From the NCBI RefSeq assembly GCF_004010195.1, contig NC_057751.1, positions 1,527,167 to 1,591,166 on the forward strand: a stretch of DNA of 64,000 bases, read 5' to 3'. Source of the DNA: Chiloscyllium plagiosum. Its lineage: Eukaryota. The notes below the pieces were generated by a model. That model saw only the letters and a list, made by a program, of their open reading frames with translations, was not told the DNA's origin and did no database searches. The position numbers and the translations under genes are program-made. Shown one piece after another: positions 62,463 to 64,000 of the stretch. Each line of letters opens with the position of its first letter. Position 1 is the stretch's first letter.

Positions 62463-62663
62463 AGTCAGACATCAGATTGAAGTCGAACAGGTTTATTTGA
62501 AATCACAAGCTTTGTGAGCACTGCCCCTTGGTCAGGGTTCACCCGATGAAGGAGCATTGCCCCATAGCCTTGTGATTTCAAACAAACCTGTTGGACTCCA
62601 AGCTGATGTTGTGTGATTTCTGACTTTGTCCACCCCCAGTCTAACAACGGCACCTGCACGTCA
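62463..62663. mobile_element. Palindromic mini-element (family B), diverged
   Basis: Arms aacaggtttatttgaaatcacaag / cttgtgatttcaaacaaacctgtt, with the same tail as the 34393 copy. Confidence 0.75.
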
Positions 62664-62989
62664 AAAGAAAGCCTGGACAAAATACACCTCTCAAAGCCCT
62701 ACTATTGTCCCAGTATTCAATAATGCCCTCAAAGCAACAGCTCTGCTACTGCCGATATCACTCCCACTGAGTCATAACAACCTTAGTTCCAGTGTCACTC
62801 AAGACTTCAGTTCGAAGGCTGACACTTGAAGACAGCAGTGTCTTGGGTGCTGCATCGTCTTTTGAAAAGGTATTAAAATCCAGGCAGGAGAGTTCATTGG
62901 GTGTCTTGAAACATAATTCGCTCATCAGCAAACTAACGGAAAACAGTACCTGGTCCAGGATCCTCTCCAGGTAAATTTTCAGTTTGAGT

Positions 62990-63310
62990 CAGTAGTTCGG
63001 AAGACAAATGCAATGATGACATTTATTTGGAGAGGACTTGAATATAAAAGCAGGGATGCACTTCTGAGGCTCTATAAGGCTCTGGTCAGACCACATTTGG
63101 AGTATTGTGTGCAGTTTTGGGCTCCATATCTCAGGAAGGATGTCCTGGCCCTGGAGCGTGCTCAGAGGAGGTTCATGAGAATGGTCCCAGGAATGAAAAA
63201 ATTGAACATACGAGGAATGTTTGTGGACTCTGGGACTATACTCGATGGAGTTTAGAAGGATGAGGGAGGATCTAATTGAAACTTACAGACTACTGAATGG
63301 CCTGGACAAC
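62990..63310 (+). mobile_element. CR1-clade LINE internal fragment
   Basis: ORF RGLEYKSRDALLRLYKALVRPHLEYCVQFWAP. Confidence 0.88.
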
Positions 63311-63799
63311 TGCACCAACATTTTCTGTGTTTGTTTCAGAACTCCAGCACCCGTAATTCTTGGTTTTATCATAGAATCCTGTCAGAACTTGGAGCACTCA
63401 CAAGCAGAATGTATGATTGACAACAGGGTTCCTAGACTGTAAATAATATTTGAAAGATCTCTGCAAGGAACAGTATTTGCGAACAACACCTCCAGAGAAA
63501 TGCTTGAAAAGCCCTGGTGATCCCCTAAGTACACAGTGGATTATGATAATAGCTTCCATTCAGTGCCATTATTTGTGAAGAAACAAGAACTAAGCTGGAA
63601 TTATCCTCGAGAGTACAAGTTGAGGAACGAATATACTTATTAACAGCTAACTGGTTTCACCAAATGCTGAATATATGTGTGAGACAACTGAATGCACATT
63701 CCTCTCGTCCCCTGTAAATCCTTCCTCCCAATTTACACACTGCTCCGTGCTTGACAGAGGAAGCAAGGTCAACTGGTGGCACAAAGACAAGTGGAGGAA

Positions 63800-64000
63800 C
63801 AGATAGTGTTGACAAAATGGGAAGGTTGCACAAGGACCTGGACAGGCTCGGAGAATGGGCAGATGGAATACAACTAGGAGGTTTTGCATTTGGCTGGAGG
63901 AATAGAGGCGCAGACCATTTTCTAAATGTGGCAAGGCTTCAGAAATCTGAAGCACAAATGGACTTGGGAGTCCGAGCTCAGGATTCTCTTAAGGTTAACA
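63800..64000 (+). mobile_element. CR1-clade LINE fragment running off the window
   Basis: RLHKDLDRLGEWA-type RT thumb-region motif. Confidence 0.7.

Overview
Eukaryotic genomic DNA from a vertebrate, most likely a shark, judged from HE1/V-SINE-type SINEs with (AATCT)n tails and abundant CR1-clade LINEs. Two spliced genes lie tail-to-tail with about 1.5 kb between their stop codons. PBDC1 (+ strand) has 5 coding exons at 1436-5611; its first exon was not found and is probably just upstream of the window. XPO7/exportin-7 (- strand) has 21 coding exons at 46117-7106, roughly the C-terminal 830 aa; its upstream exons were not found. XPO7 has two minor-spliceosome (U12) introns, one AT-AC and one GT-AG. 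The introns are packed with CR1 LINE remnants, SINEs, a Penelope-like element (PLE) nested in a CR1, a young solo LTR with a 5-bp target-site duplication (TSD), a MITE, and several families of ~200-bp palindromic elements, most with a TSD, centred on minimal hammerhead-ribozyme cores. One core looks complete and is in the XPO7 pre-mRNA sense. There is an assembly gap at 19434-20287. Exon boundaries were checked for splice sites and phase; protein identities come from recalled orthologue sequences, not a database search; repeat boundaries are approximate unless a TSD is given.
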